A stretch of DNA of 64,000 nucleotides, from assembly GCA_963739305.1 (NCBI GenBank), contig CAVTZU010000020.1, positions 1 to 64,000 of the forward strand. Reading direction: 5' to 3'. The notes under the pieces were generated by a model. That model was not told the DNA's origin. It ran no database searches and was given only the letters and a program-made list of their open reading frames with translations. How positions within the stretch are numbered: position 1 is the first letter of the stretch; every line of letters begins with the position of its first letter. Positions 30,095-41,208 of the stretch are shown here, in pieces. A program made the translations under genes and the position numbers. This DNA comes from Candidatus Bathyarchaeota archaeon. GTDB lineage: Archaea > Thermoproteota > Bathyarchaeia > Bathyarchaeales > Bathycorpusculaceae.

Positions 30095-30481
30095 GTGCAG
30101 ACGAAGAATGAGCCGCCAGACCATACGGAACTTCTGTTCAAAGCACTTATCGTGTCTTTGATATTGAACGTGAAAGTTGAACAGGCCATAGAACTGCTCG
30201 CAAAACGATACAAGACTACCACGCCAAGGATCCAAGTCGGAATACCCAGAAGCCACGGAAAATGCGTTTATGGCTGTTACACTGGAAGGAATCAGACCAT
30301 TTATGTGCGAGACAGTGAGGTTCTGAAAGAGCCTTTCGTGATTCTTCATGAGTTTTACCATCACCTGCGCACATCTGTGGATAAGAAGCATAAGGGAACC
30401 GAAAAGTATGCAAACACGTTCGCGAAGGAATTCATCGAAGCGTATAGTTCCTTGAACACGCATGGAAGTCCTGAAGCCTAG
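30095..30481 (+). CDS. Hypothetical HExxH (zincin-like) protein
   Basis: VILHEFYHH...EKYANTFA. Confidence 0.65.
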   Translation: MQTKNEPPDHTELLFKALIVSLILNVKVEQAIELLAKRYKTTTPRIQVGIPRSHGKCVYGCYTGRNQTIYVRDSEVLKEPFVILHEFYHHLRTSVDKKHKGTEKYANTFAKEFIEAYSSLNTHGSPEA

Positions 30482-30492
30482 GTTCGGAATTT

Positions 30493-30642
30493 CTATTGAC
30501 CAGTAACATATCTGCTTGGGTTCTTGTCGAACGTTATCTTGCAAGCCTGAGCACAGAAGTAGTAGGTTTTGCCTCTATATTGAGACTTGAACTTCGCTGT
30601 TTTCTCGTCAACCATCATATTGCAAATCGGATCTTTTGCCAT
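30493..30642 (-). CDS. YHS/TRASH domain metal chaperone (below ORF-track cutoff)
   Basis: Hand translation: MAKDPICNMMVDEKTAKFKSQYRGKTYYFCAQACKITFDKNPSRYVTGQ*; GAGGGAGG RBS. Confidence 0.9.
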   Translation of the reverse strand: MAKDPICNMMVDEKTAKFKSQYRGKTYYFCAQACKITFDKNPSRYVTGQ

Positions 30643-30670
30643 TCGTGTTCACCTCCCTCTTCAAATTGAT

Positions 30671-32836
30671 CTAGGATTTGAATCTTCTCAGCAGCATGGA
30701 ATTTCCGACGACCGTTATGTCACTGAGTATCATCGAGGTTGCAGCTGCTTCAGGCGGAATGAGAATGCCCAAGAAGGGCCAGAGAACACCTGCGGCGAGG
30801 GGGATCATTATTACGTTGTAGAAAAATGCCCAGAACAAGTTCTGCCTGATCTTGCCGAGCGTCTTTCTACTGAGCTTTATGCTGGTGACGACGTCTCTGG
30901 GGTCGTCCTTAAGCAAGACGATGTCGCCTGAGTCAACAGCCACGTCGGTGCCGCCGCCGATAGCAATTCCCACGTCTGCCTGCGTGATGGCCGGAGCGTC
31001 GTTTATTCCATCGCCAACCATCGCAACGAATCGACCCTGGGACTGTAACTTCTTTATTTCTTCAACTTTTTGGGCTGGCACCACCTCGGCTAGGACTTCA
31101 TTTATGCCCAACTGCTTGGCTATCGCTTCTGCGGTTCTTTTCGTATCTCCGCTCAACATCATGACCTTCAAGCCCATTGCTTGCAGAGCACTTACGGCTT
31201 CCTTCGAGTGTTCCTTGACCGTGTCGGAAACCGCGAGAAGCCCTATTGCGTGTCCTTCCACTGCCAGTACGAGGACGGTTTTTCCTTCGCCTTCGAGCCT
31301 TTCCATTTCATCTTCCAGATCTGTGATCGACACTTTGTTTGTGCGCATTAGAGCGCGGTTTCCAATCAATACGCTCTTGCCGGCAGTACGCGCGTTGACA
31401 CCGAAACCTGGCAATGCATCAAAAGATTCTGGTTCCGAAACACTCAAGCCTTCGCTTTCAGCCCTCTTGACGATGGCTTGACCGATCGGGTGTTCCGACC
31501 ATTTTTCGGCGATTGCCGCGAAGCTCAGGACAGCGTTTTTGTCTTGACCAACTATGTCAGTAACATCAAGTTTGCCTTTCGTCAACGTGCCCGTCTTGTC
31601 GAAAACCACCGTATCCAAGTTCTTGACCACCTCGAGTACTGCGCCGTTTTTGATGAGCACCCCGTTTTCTGCGCCTTTCCCAACGCCTATCATTATGGCC
31701 GCAGGAGTTGCAATCCCCAGTGCACAAGGACAGGATATAGCCAGAACTGAAACTGTTGTGATAAGGGCCAAGCCTTGGTTATTGAAGCCGAAGAACCAAA
31801 CGATGAAGCATAGAACGGAAATTGTTACCACAACCGGAACGAATACGTTCACCACTTTGTCGGCGAGTCTCTGTATTGGGGCTTTGCTTGCTTGCACCTC
31901 GCGGGCTAAGCGCACTATTTGAGCTAAGGTTGTTTCTAGCCCGACTTTTTCTGCCTGAAACTTCAGGGTTCCAGTTTTGTTGGCCGTACCGCTGAAAACC
32001 GTGCTTCCCACGCTTTTTTCAACAGGAACTGATTCGCCAGTTATCATTGATTCATCGATAAAAGTGTGTCCGTCGATGACAGTTCCGTCAACCGGAATCC
32101 TTGCTCCTGGCTTGACAATCACGGTGTCGCCAATCTGCACTTCGCCGGCAGGGATTTCTTTTTCATGATCTTCTTCCAGGACAGTGGCGGTTTGCGGCTG
32201 AAGGGCCATTAGTTTTTTTATCGCGTCTCCTGTTCTTTCAACGGCCATGTCTTCAAGCAGCATGCCAAGCGTTATTGTGGTTATCACCACTGCAGAAGCA
32301 TCGAAGAAGCCCATACCATCGGGAATGAAGATTGTTGCATACAGCGAATAGAAATACGCGACTGAGGAACTCAGTGCGACCAGAACGTTCATGTCGGCGA
32401 ACCGGTTTCGAATAGACCCATAAGCACCTGTGTAGAAATGCCAGCCGACTATGAATTGAACAGGTGTGGCCAGGATTAAGAGTAAGTAGTTCTTTCCTGG
32501 AAAGTTTAAGAGAAAACTGATTATGGCGATGGGTATCGTCAGGGCTAATCCTATGAAGAAAAGAGCCAGTCTTCTTCTGACTTCTTTCCTCTTTTTCTCG
32601 GAGAGGTCTTCGATTCTTTCGACGGCTTCGTATCCGCCTCTTTTGACTGCGGCTTTTATTTTGTCCAGGTCAACTTTTTCTTCATCGAATTTGACGACGG
32701 CTTCTTTCGTCGCGAAGTTAACGTTGGCTTCTGTAACTCCGTCAAGCCGTTTAAGCCCTGATTCTATCCCCGTTGCGCAAGCCGCACAGTGCATTCCAAG
32801 AATCTGAAGAACAACTTCCTTTTCCTTCACGAACAA
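30671..32836 (-). CDS. copA: Cu+-translocating P1B-type ATPase
   Basis: GMHCAAC, TGES, CPC, DKTGT, GDGINDAP, YN. Confidence 0.95.
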   Translation of the reverse strand: MFVKEKEVVLQILGMHCAACATGIESGLKRLDGVTEANVNFATKEAVVKFDEEKVDLDKIKAAVKRGGYEAVERIEDLSEKKRKEVRRRLALFFIGLALTIPIAIISFLLNFPGKNYLLLILATPVQFIVGWHFYTGAYGSIRNRFADMNVLVALSSSVAYFYSLYATIFIPDGMGFFDASAVVITTITLGMLLEDMAVERTGDAIKKLMALQPQTATVLEEDHEKEIPAGEVQIGDTVIVKPGARIPVDGTVIDGHTFIDESMITGESVPVEKSVGSTVFSGTANKTGTLKFQAEKVGLETTLAQIVRLAREVQASKAPIQRLADKVVNVFVPVVVTISVLCFIVWFFGFNNQGLALITTVSVLAISCPCALGIATPAAIMIGVGKGAENGVLIKNGAVLEVVKNLDTVVFDKTGTLTKGKLDVTDIVGQDKNAVLSFAAIAEKWSEHPIGQAIVKRAESEGLSVSEPESFDALPGFGVNARTAGKSVLIGNRALMRTNKVSITDLEDEMERLEGEGKTVLVLAVEGHAIGLLAVSDTVKEHSKEAVSALQAMGLKVMMLSGDTKRTAEAIAKQLGINEVLAEVVPAQKVEEIKKLQSQGRFVAMVGDGINDAPAITQADVGIAIGGGTDVAVDSGDIVLLKDDPRDVVTSIKLSRKTLGKIRQNLFWAFFYNVIMIPLAAGVLWPFLGILIPPEAAATSMILSDITVVGNSMLLRRFKS

Positions 32837-32861
32837 ACCTCAAACATAAAATGAATGGTCC

Positions 32862-33506
32862 TCATCGAGCACCGAGGAGTACATGTTCCAAGAATACGTT
32901 CTCAGGCACAGCACCCACAAACTCTACTTTGTCGTTGACTACCACCTTGGGAACTCCCATTACGCCGTATTTTACGGCTAGTTGTGGGAACTCGCCAGCG
33001 TCCACTACGTCCGCCGTTATCTTTTCATTCTCGACGGCAAACTTGTGGGCCATAGCTGCCGAAACGGGGCAGTGTGGGCAAGTGAGGGTGACGAAGACTT
33101 GGATGTGAACAGGCGTGTTTATCGTGCGAAGTTTTGCTTTTGTCTCTTCCGTCAGGTCTGTTTTCCCTTGAGAAACAATTGTCAGGGCCGACATGAGAGT
33201 CTGAAATTCATACCCATACGGGAGCCCGAAGAGCCTGATGCCGTAGTCTCTTGCGCCCAATAGAACCATTCCTGGGACCTTGTCGATTCCGTACTGCTTT
33301 GCTAACTCGGCGTCTGTAACGAAGTCATGGACTTCCGCAAGGATTTTGTCGTTCAGTGCGGCAAGTTCGGTCACCAACTGCTTCGTTTGCGTGCAGAATT
33401 GGCATTCCATTTCTTCAGTGAACATGATTAATCTGACTGGATTCACAAGGTTCTCAGCCAACTGGCTCTTTACGCGTTCCTTGTGCTCTTCAGGTATCAG
33501 ACTCAT
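32862..33506 (-). CDS. Protein disulfide oxidoreductase (double thioredoxin fold)
   Basis: CQFC and CPHC motifs. Confidence 0.88.
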   Translation of the reverse strand: MSLIPEEHKERVKSQLAENLVNPVRLIMFTEEMECQFCTQTKQLVTELAALNDKILAEVHDFVTDAELAKQYGIDKVPGMVLLGARDYGIRLFGLPYGYEFQTLMSALTIVSQGKTDLTEETKAKLRTINTPVHIQVFVTLTCPHCPVSAAMAHKFAVENEKITADVVDAGEFPQLAVKYGVMGVPKVVVNDKVEFVGAVPENVFLEHVLLGAR

Positions 33507-33699
33507 TTTTCCACGACCACCCTTTTCGCCTGAATCACTTCATCAAAACTCATTTTCGACTGTTTCTGCTACATTTCTAATGTTCCAACCCTCTCTGATA
33601 TTAACTTATAGCCCTCACAGCAGCGAATCATCCTTTATTAGGAAGGAGGTCTAACCTTGATTTTTCAGACTGAACAGCTGATATAAGATGTGAAATGTA

Positions 33700-34116
33700 A
33701 TGACGAAACTTCATGCGAAGGCAAAGTTGGTTGAAAACTTCAGAATCGATGTCGATGACCAGAGAAATCACGCGGTAGCTTTGGATCTTGAGCCGCCTGA
33801 CGGAACTGACATGGGACCATCGGCACTTGAACTCTGTCTAATGAGCTTTGCGGGGTGCTACGCCACCATTTTTGTGTTGACGGCAAACAAGATGAGGTTC
33901 AAGCTGAAGAATTTGGAAGTGAAAGTTGATGCGGTGAAATCAGAAGAAGCGGGGACGATAACGGAAGCCAACGTTCACATTCTAGTTGACTCTGATTTGC
34001 CGAAGGACAGACTACAGAGGGCCCATGAACTAACTTTGAAGACCTGTCCCGTCGGAATACTCTTCGACCGTGCAGACGTGAAGATAAAGTATGTTTTGAA
34101 AACCCCTGAGAACTAG
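33700..34116 (+). CDS. OsmC family protein
   Basis: GTDMGPSALE...FAGC...CPV. Confidence 0.88.
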   Translation: MTKLHAKAKLVENFRIDVDDQRNHAVALDLEPPDGTDMGPSALELCLMSFAGCYATIFVLTANKMRFKLKNLEVKVDAVKSEEAGTITEANVHILVDSDLPKDRLQRAHELTLKTCPVGILFDRADVKIKYVLKTPEN

Positions 34117-34157
34117 CCGCTTCGCAATTTGGTTTTTCCTGCGTGTTCTCCTGGCGG

Positions 34158-36251
34158 CTAGCTTGGGAATGGACAGTTTTGTGTTGGACATCCTCCTGAG
34201 TATTCTGAGGCAAAGGAGACGAATGTGCCTTTTTCGGTTTTAATTTCGCCGATGTAGAGAACCTGTTCGGGTTTGCTTCCGTATCTGAAGATAGTAACGC
34301 CTTTGCACTTCAGCTTCCAGGCGAGATCGTATATGTTTCTCACGTCTTCGGACGTTGCTTCTGTGGGCAGATTGACGGTTTTTGAGACGGCGTTGTCGGT
34401 GTACTTTTGGAACGCTGCTTGTATGCGTATGTGCCATTCAGGTTTGATATCTAATGCTGTAACGAAAAGTCTCTTCACGTCGTCGGGGACTCCTTCGATT
34501 TTTTGCACGGACCCAGTCTTGGCTATTTCTTCAAGAAGCTTCGTGCTGTAGAAGCCCCTTTCTTTTGTGACGGCTTCGAATAGGGGGTTGGTTTCGAAAA
34601 GTCTGGTTCCGCTGAGAACGTTTCTTATGAATGAAATGGCGAATATTGGTTCGATGCCCGAAGAGCAACCTGCGATTATGCTTATCGTGCCTGTCGGAGC
34701 GATTGTTGTGACCGTGGCATTCCTAAATGCCGGATACTTTTGTTTCCATATGCTTCCTTCGAAGTTGGGGAAAGATCCCCTCTCCTCCGCCAACTGGACA
34801 GACATCTTGTGTGATTCTTCCTCGATGAACTTCATTATCTTCTCGCCCGTTGTCAAAGCCTGCTCCGTGTCATAGGGTATTCTGAGCTTGATGAGCATGT
34901 CAGCGAAGCCCATAACTCCAAGGCCGATCTTTCTATTCGCGCACGTTATCTTCGCAGTCTCTTTGAGAGGGTACCTGTTCGCTTCCACAACGTTGTCAAG
35001 AAAATGAACCGCATTCCTAACAGTTTCTCTCAGTTTTTCCCAGTCTATCTTTCCCTTTTCGACAATTCGTGAAAGATTGATCGAGCCCAAATTGCATGAC
35101 TCATAAGGAAGCAACGGCTGCTCGCCACAGGGATTCGTGGACTCCATCCTGCCGACCTTGGGCGTGGGGTTGTGCCTGTTGATTTCGTCGATGAAGACGA
35201 CGCCGGGATCGCCGCTTGCCCATGCGGATCTTGCTATTGAATTCCAGACGTCTTTGGCGTTGAGTTTCTTCGTTTTTTCCTTGTTCCTGGGGTTAACCAG
35301 CCAGTATTCACCTTCTTTTTCTACGGCTTTCATGAAATCGTCGGTTGCCGCTACCGATATGTTGAAGTTGGAGAGAAAGCCTGGCTGCTGCTTTGAGCTT
35401 ATGAATTCCTCCACGTCCGGGTGATCAACTCTAAGGATCGCCATCATTGCTCCGCGGCGTTTTCCCCCGGCTTTTATGACTTCGGTGCTCGTGTCAAAGA
35501 TCCTCATAAAGCTCACAGGGCCCGACGCGACACCCTTGGTTGATTTGACCAGGTCGCCTTTGGGTCGCAGCCTGGAGAAGTCGAAGCCAACTCCTCCGCC
35601 GCTTTTCTCGATTATGGCCATGTTTCTTGCGGCGCCGAAAATTCCTTCCAATGAATCTTCAACCGGCAAAACGAAACACGCAGAAAGTTGGCCAAGCTTA
35701 GTACCAGCGTTGAACAACGTCGGGGTGTTGGGCAAGAACTCTAGTTTGGCCATCATTTCATGGAAGGTTTTTTCGCTTCGCTTTGGGTTTCCTTGAAACT
35801 TCGCGTCTGTTCTTGCTATTGCTTTTGCCACTCTGTTGAACAACTGGGCGGGTGTTTCTATTATTCTCTCATTTTCATCTCTCAGTAAGTATCTTTGTCT
35901 CAGAACTTCCAAGGCGTTTACTGTTAATTTGGGCTCTTCAATGCCCAGTTTTTCCCGCAGTTTGCGGATTTCCAGTTTCTTTTCTCTAAATGCTTGATAT
36001 TCTTGGGCAACTTTGTCGTAGCCCCACTTCTTCAAAACTTCTACTACGACGTCCTGAGCGTCTTCAACTGAAGGAATCCTTTCCTTGAACTTCGACTCGA
36101 GAAGTCGGACGACCTCTTGAGTCACGTTTTCAGCTTTTTGTCCGTCTCCAAGCTCGACGGCGATGAACGCCTTGTATATCGCGTCTCTGATTCGTTTAGA
36201 GTCGAAATCAACGACTCTGCCGTCTCTCTTGATTATCTTCGTGATCGTCAT
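34158..36251 (-). CDS. nrdJ: Adenosylcobalamin-dependent class II ribonucleotide reductase with ATP cone
   Basis: IIKRDG ATP cone, SACFV, TNPCGEQ, IAPTGTIS, KGVTIFR. Confidence 0.95.
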   Translation of the reverse strand: MTITKIIKRDGRVVDFDSKRIRDAIYKAFIAVELGDGQKAENVTQEVVRLLESKFKERIPSVEDAQDVVVEVLKKWGYDKVAQEYQAFREKKLEIRKLREKLGIEEPKLTVNALEVLRQRYLLRDENERIIETPAQLFNRVAKAIARTDAKFQGNPKRSEKTFHEMMAKLEFLPNTPTLFNAGTKLGQLSACFVLPVEDSLEGIFGAARNMAIIEKSGGGVGFDFSRLRPKGDLVKSTKGVASGPVSFMRIFDTSTEVIKAGGKRRGAMMAILRVDHPDVEEFISSKQQPGFLSNFNISVAATDDFMKAVEKEGEYWLVNPRNKEKTKKLNAKDVWNSIARSAWASGDPGVVFIDEINRHNPTPKVGRMESTNPCGEQPLLPYESCNLGSINLSRIVEKGKIDWEKLRETVRNAVHFLDNVVEANRYPLKETAKITCANRKIGLGVMGFADMLIKLRIPYDTEQALTTGEKIMKFIEEESHKMSVQLAEERGSFPNFEGSIWKQKYPAFRNATVTTIAPTGTISIIAGCSSGIEPIFAISFIRNVLSGTRLFETNPLFEAVTKERGFYSTKLLEEIAKTGSVQKIEGVPDDVKRLFVTALDIKPEWHIRIQAAFQKYTDNAVSKTVNLPTEATSEDVRNIYDLAWKLKCKGVTIFRYGSKPEQVLYIGEIKTEKGTFVSFASEYSGGCPTQNCPFPS

Positions 36252-36493
36252 AGCCTATCAATTAAACTCTGCTAGAATCTGCATATAAATTCTTTAGTAT
36301 CTCCACGTTGTGCAACAAAAAAAGACGAACACAGTGTTCTCATGCATAACGCGTACTATTGTTCACTGAGAAAAGAGATTGATCTTGTATTGTTGGTCTA
36401 CTTGTTGCGCCTTGAGCGCCGCAGTAACGGTCAAGACGAAGTCTAGAAACTTTTATTACGAAGCAGAAAAGCCTTACAACATCTTCGGAAAGG

Positions 36494-36907
36494 TTGGAAT
36501 ACAGTTTGATCGATGCGATTGACCACATCGGGATTGCCGTCAAAGACCTTGATGAGGCGATACGTGTTTACCGTGACGTTCTAGGTTTCAAGCTTGAAGG
36601 AGTCCACACCTTTAGTGAGCGAATGCTGAAAATCGCTTTCTTTTCCCTGGGAGAAAGCCGAATCGAGCTTCTTCAGCCTCTTAGTCCTGATAGCACGGTG
36701 GCAAAGTTTCTTGCAACACGGGGCGAAGGGATTCAGCATCTGGCGGTCAAAGTCAAAAACGTGGAAGCCACAATTGAAGAATTCAAAGGAAAAGGCGTCG
36801 TGCTCGTTGATGAGACTCCGAGACTAGGAGTCGGAGGAAACAAGATCGCCTTCGTGCATCCGAAAAGCACTCGGGGCGTCCTTCTGGAGCTAGTTGAAAA
36901 ACCCTGA
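36494..36907 (+). CDS. mce: Methylmalonyl-CoA epimerase
   Basis: IDHIGIAV, GEGIQHLA, FVHPKSTRGVLLELVE. Confidence 0.9.
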   Translation: MEYSLIDAIDHIGIAVKDLDEAIRVYRDVLGFKLEGVHTFSERMLKIAFFSLGESRIELLQPLSPDSTVAKFLATRGEGIQHLAVKVKNVEATIEEFKGKGVVLVDETPRLGVGGNKIAFVHPKSTRGVLLELVEKP

Positions 36908-36990
36908 GCGCAAGTAAGCAGTTGGCAATCTTTCCCCGTATGTTCTAAATACCCGTGCAATAGTATATTGGAAAATGCAGGGATAAGCAT

Positions 36991-38559
36991 ATGAACTCGG
37001 GAAAAGAGCCGACGACTGAAGAGAAGATCAAAGAACTACGAAAGCTGAACGATCAAGCCAAACTGGGCGGCGGGCAAAAGAGAATCGAAGACCAACATGC
37101 AAAAGGCAAACTGACTGCTCGAGAACGCATTGACTTGCTGCTTGACGCTGGAAGCTTCAATGAGCTTGACCGTTTTGTCGTTCATCAATGCACCGAATTT
37201 GGTGTAGGAGACAAAAAGATTCCCGGCGACGGCGTCGTAACAGGTTATGGCACGATTGACGGTCGGCTTGTCTACGTTTTCTCACAAGACTTCACCGTTT
37301 TTGGTGGCTCACTGGGAGAGATGTTCGCGAAAAAAGTGTGTAAACTCATGGATTTGGCAATCAAAACAGGTGCGCCCGTCATAGGATTGAACGACAGCGG
37401 CGGAGCCCGCATACAAGAAGGCGTCGCGAGCCTCGCCGGATACGGTGACATCTTTTTCCGAAACGTCACCAGCTCAGGCGTCGTTCCGCAGATTTCTGCA
37501 GTGCTAGGCCCCTGCGCGGGCGGAGCGGTCTATTCGCCCGCACTCACGGACTTCATAATCATGGTTGACAAGACCAGCCACATGTTCATCACCGGTCCGG
37601 ACGTCGTCAAAACCGTGCTCGGACAAGAAGTCAGTTTTGAAGAGCTTGGCGGGGCCATGGTTCATAGCACGACAAGCGGCGTCACCCACTTCATCGCGAA
37701 AGATGAAGAACACTGCATGCAGATTATCAAGAAGCTTCTGAGTTATTTGCCGAGCAACCACTTGGAAGATCCGCCTATTGTTGAGACGGGAGACGATCCT
37801 GACCGTACGGATGAGACCTTGGTGAAGGTTCTGCCTGAAGATCCTGACAAGCCCTACGACGTGAAAGAAATAATCCATCGCGTGGTTGATAACAACGAGT
37901 TCTTCGAAGTTCAACCTCTTTGGGCACAAAACATAGTCATCGGCTTCGGCAGATTGAACGGCAGGACGGTCGGGTTGGTTGCGAACCAGCCAGCCCATAA
38001 CGCGGGGGCTCTGGACATAAACAGTTCCATGAAGGCGGGGCGGTTCGTCCGTTTCTGCGACGCCTTCAACATTCCAATAATAACCTTTGTCGACGTACCA
38101 GGCTTCTTGCCGGGTATTGAACAGGAACATGGCGGCATAATAAAGCACGGCTCAAAACTGCTTTATGCCTACTGTGAAGCAACGGTTCCCAAGATCACGG
38201 TCATACTTCGCAAAGACTACGGTGGAGCCTACGATGTCATGGGATCAAAACACAGCGGGGCAGACATAAATTATGCTTGGCCTACCGCTGAAATCGCCGT
38301 GATGGGACCACATGGAGCAATAAATATCATATTCAGAAAAGAAATAGCAGAGGCAAAAGATCCGAAACAGAAGCATAATGAACTCGTGAGTGAATACCGT
38401 CAGAAATTTGCGAGCCCCTACATCGCCGCGCAGAAAGGTTACATAGATGAAGTGATCGAACCAGCGGAAACAAGACCGAAACTGATCAGTGCATTGGAAA
38501 GCTTGACCACAAAACGCGAAACCAGACCATCGAGAAAACACTCCAACGTGCCACTTTGA
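36991..38559 (+). CDS. Methylmalonyl/propionyl-CoA carboxyltransferase (PccB/MmdA/12S-like)
   Basis: [32 protein letters not shown]. Confidence 0.93.
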   Translation: MNSGKEPTTEEKIKELRKLNDQAKLGGGQKRIEDQHAKGKLTARERIDLLLDAGSFNELDRFVVHQCTEFGVGDKKIPGDGVVTGYGTIDGRLVYVFSQDFTVFGGSLGEMFAKKVCKLMDLAIKTGAPVIGLNDSGGARIQEGVASLAGYGDIFFRNVTSSGVVPQISAVLGPCAGGAVYSPALTDFIIMVDKTSHMFITGPDVVKTVLGQEVSFEELGGAMVHSTTSGVTHFIAKDEEHCMQIIKKLLSYLPSNHLEDPPIVETGDDPDRTDETLVKVLPEDPDKPYDVKEIIHRVVDNNEFFEVQPLWAQNIVIGFGRLNGRTVGLVANQPAHNAGALDINSSMKAGRFVRFCDAFNIPIITFVDVPGFLPGIEQEHGGIIKHGSKLLYAYCEATVPKITVILRKDYGGAYDVMGSKHSGADINYAWPTAEIAVMGPHGAINIIFRKEIAEAKDPKQKHNELVSEYRQKFASPYIAAQKGYIDEVIEPAETRPKLISALESLTTKRETRPSRKHSNVPL

Positions 38560-38725
38560 AACAGCGCTATTGCATTTTCTTCCTTTCGGTAGGCGCCTGA
38601 AGAAAGAGTTTCCACACGCGCTGGAAGACCTACCTAATCAAATGCATGAGGATATTGCATTCGAGATACGTATGCTAGCACTTTCAATATTATTATTAAT
38701 TAGAAGGAACGATAGTGCTTAGTCA

Positions 38726-39445
38726 ATGAACTGGGTTCTCGTCGGGCTGGCGTTCACAACATTCTTGTCCACGTTGATAGGCGGGACTTTTGCGATAAGG
38801 CTTAGAAAGGCTCTGCCCTACTTCTTCGCTTTTGCCGCAGGGAGTCTGCTTGCGGTCACCTTCTTCGATATATTGCCAGAAAGCTTGGAAATTTCTGCAT
38901 CGGCAAGCCTCTCTACGAAGTACATAATGATTACAGTCGTGGCATCCTTCCTGTTCTATAGTTTCTTGGAGAAGTTCTTCCTAGTTCATTACCATGAAGA
39001 AAACGGAGGACATGCACACATAATGGGTCCGGTCGGAGCTGGAACCTTGGTTATCCACAGTTTCCTAGACGGAGTAGCCATAGGAGCAGCGTATCAAGTA
39101 AACGCAACGATTGGTCTGCTAGTGGCTTTGGCTGTAATCTTTCATGACTTCACTGACGGGATTAACACGGTCACCCTTATGTTGAAGAACAAGCAGCGTG
39201 TCAGAAACGCGACGATTTTCTTAGTAATGGATGCCATAGCTCCCGTCTCGGGAGTCCTTATCACATCATTGATTAGCATAAACCAGACAGTTCTTGCCTT
39301 GATACTAGCAGTATTTGCTGGAGAGTTCCTCTATATTGGAGCAGTCAACCTGATGCCAGAAACGCACAAATATCCAAATTGGAAAACAGTTGCATCGACG
39401 ATGCTGGCTGTTCTGCTGATTTTGGGACTTACATCAGTAATTTAG
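38726..39445 (+). CDS. ZIP family metal transporter
   Basis: IHSFLDGVAIG, IFHDFTDG, LMPETH. Confidence 0.9.
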   Translation: MNWVLVGLAFTTFLSTLIGGTFAIRLRKALPYFFAFAAGSLLAVTFFDILPESLEISASASLSTKYIMITVVASFLFYSFLEKFFLVHYHEENGGHAHIMGPVGAGTLVIHSFLDGVAIGAAYQVNATIGLLVALAVIFHDFTDGINTVTLMLKNKQRVRNATIFLVMDAIAPVSGVLITSLISINQTVLALILAVFAGEFLYIGAVNLMPETHKYPNWKTVASTMLAVLLILGLTSVI

Positions 39446-39660
39446 AAAAGGCTGTGAAAATACAGACTGGACTAGTATGTTCCAACGGGCGCTAGAATGT
39501 TTTGTTAGATTCTGGGAATTGACTTGAATTTAGACGCGCGCGCTATTTAGACTCCGCAACAAACATCTCTTCCCCGCCCATTTCGCCGTTATAGATTAAT
39601 ACACCTTCACGACTTCTCTCAAACTCTCGACACCTAATGAACATTGGAGGCTGATCTCAA

Positions 39661-41208
39661 TTGGCTCCGAAACCCGTGAAAATAACAGACACCACCTTCC
39701 GCGACGCTCATCAAAGCCTGATCGCAACAAGAATGCGCACCGACACAATGCTTCCGATCGCCGAGAAAATAGATCAAGTCGGCTTTTTCTCGCTGGAAGC
39801 CTGGGGAGGAGCCACATTCGATGTCGCCATCCGCTATTTAAATGAGGACCCGTGGGAACGCATCCGCCAACTAAAAAGTCACGTTAAGAAAACACCGCTT
39901 CAGATGCTCCTCAGAGGACAGAATGTCGTTGGCTACCGCAACTATCCAGACGATGTTCTCATAAAATTCATTGAAAAAGCAGCTGAAAACGGCATCGACA
40001 TCTTCCGCGTTTTTGACGCCCTGAACGATATAAGAAACATGGAAGTCGCCATCAAAACCATCAAAAAAGTGGGCAAACACGCTCAGGGAACGATAAGCTA
40101 CACCTTAAGCCCGTTCCACACAGTTGAATACTTCGTCACCTTCGCGAAGAAACTTGCAGAACTAGACTGCGATTCCATATGCATCAAAGACATGGCGGGA
40201 ATGCTCGCCCCTCAACCAGCCTACGAACTGGTTTCAGCATTGAAGAAAGAAGTAGGGTTGCCTGTGCAGATGCACAGCCACAGCACGAGCGGAATGGTGA
40301 TGATGACCTATTTCCACGCATGTGAAGCAGGAGCAGATATTCTAGATACCGCTTTCTCACCCCTCGCATGGGGCACATCACAACCGCCAGTAGAATCGGT
40401 TGTCGCTGCTCTGAAAGGAACACCCTACGACACAGGCCTAGACAGCGAACTCCTCAACGAAATCGCGCAGTACTTCCGAGAACTACGAGAAAAATACTAT
40501 GATCCGCTTAAGCTCATTGACCCTAAGGCAGAACGCGTCGACCCCTCCATAATCGTCCACCAAATACCAGGCGGCATGTTCTCAAACCTTCTCGAACAGC
40601 TTCGAGAGCAAAAAGCGCTCGACAGGCTAAACGAAGTTCTCGAGGAAGTCCCCAAAGTACGAAAAGAACTAGGTTACCCGCCGCTCGTTACGCCTACCAG
40701 CCAGCTTGTTGGGATTCAGGCTGTACTCAATGTCATTTCTGGAAAGCGCTACGGCATCGTACCTAAAGAAATTAAAGACTACGTCAAGGGACTATACGGC
40801 CGACCACCTGCACCGATAGACGAAAAGATAAAGAAAAAAATCATCGGCGACGAACAACCCATCACGTGTCGACCAGCCGATCTTCTTGAACCAGCTCTGA
40901 ACAAAATACCAAACGACGTGAAACCCTACATCAAATCCGACGAAGACAAACTGACCTACACACTTTTCCCGCAAACAGCCCTAGAATTCTTCAAGAAAAG
41001 AGAAGAAAAACGTGAGGAAACCAAACCAGGAGTGCCTCCTGAAAAACTTGCTGAACTGGAGGAAGTCGCAGCCCTTTCAGCCGCCGCTATAAGCTACGTG
41101 CAGAGTTTGTCCGGCGTCAAAGCGTTGACCCTGCGAAATAATAAGGGAACATGCTCGTACTGGGTGTTGGCTGCACGTCAAAACCAAACCGACAATGGTG
41201 CACGATGA
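39661..41208 (+). CDS. Pyruvate/oxaloacetate carboxyltransferase (PycB/OadA/transcarboxylase 5S-like), no fused biotin domain
   Basis: FRDAHQS, WGGATFD, IKDMAG, HSH, PGGM, LVTPTSQ. Confidence 0.92.
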   Translation: MAPKPVKITDTTFRDAHQSLIATRMRTDTMLPIAEKIDQVGFFSLEAWGGATFDVAIRYLNEDPWERIRQLKSHVKKTPLQMLLRGQNVVGYRNYPDDVLIKFIEKAAENGIDIFRVFDALNDIRNMEVAIKTIKKVGKHAQGTISYTLSPFHTVEYFVTFAKKLAELDCDSICIKDMAGMLAPQPAYELVSALKKEVGLPVQMHSHSTSGMVMMTYFHACEAGADILDTAFSPLAWGTSQPPVESVVAALKGTPYDTGLDSELLNEIAQYFRELREKYYDPLKLIDPKAERVDPSIIVHQIPGGMFSNLLEQLREQKALDRLNEVLEEVPKVRKELGYPPLVTPTSQLVGIQAVLNVISGKRYGIVPKEIKDYVKGLYGRPPAPIDEKIKKKIIGDEQPITCRPADLLEPALNKIPNDVKPYIKSDEDKLTYTLFPQTALEFFKKREEKREETKPGVPPEKLAELEEVAALSAAAISYVQSLSGVKALTLRNNKGTCSYWVLAARQNQTDNGAR

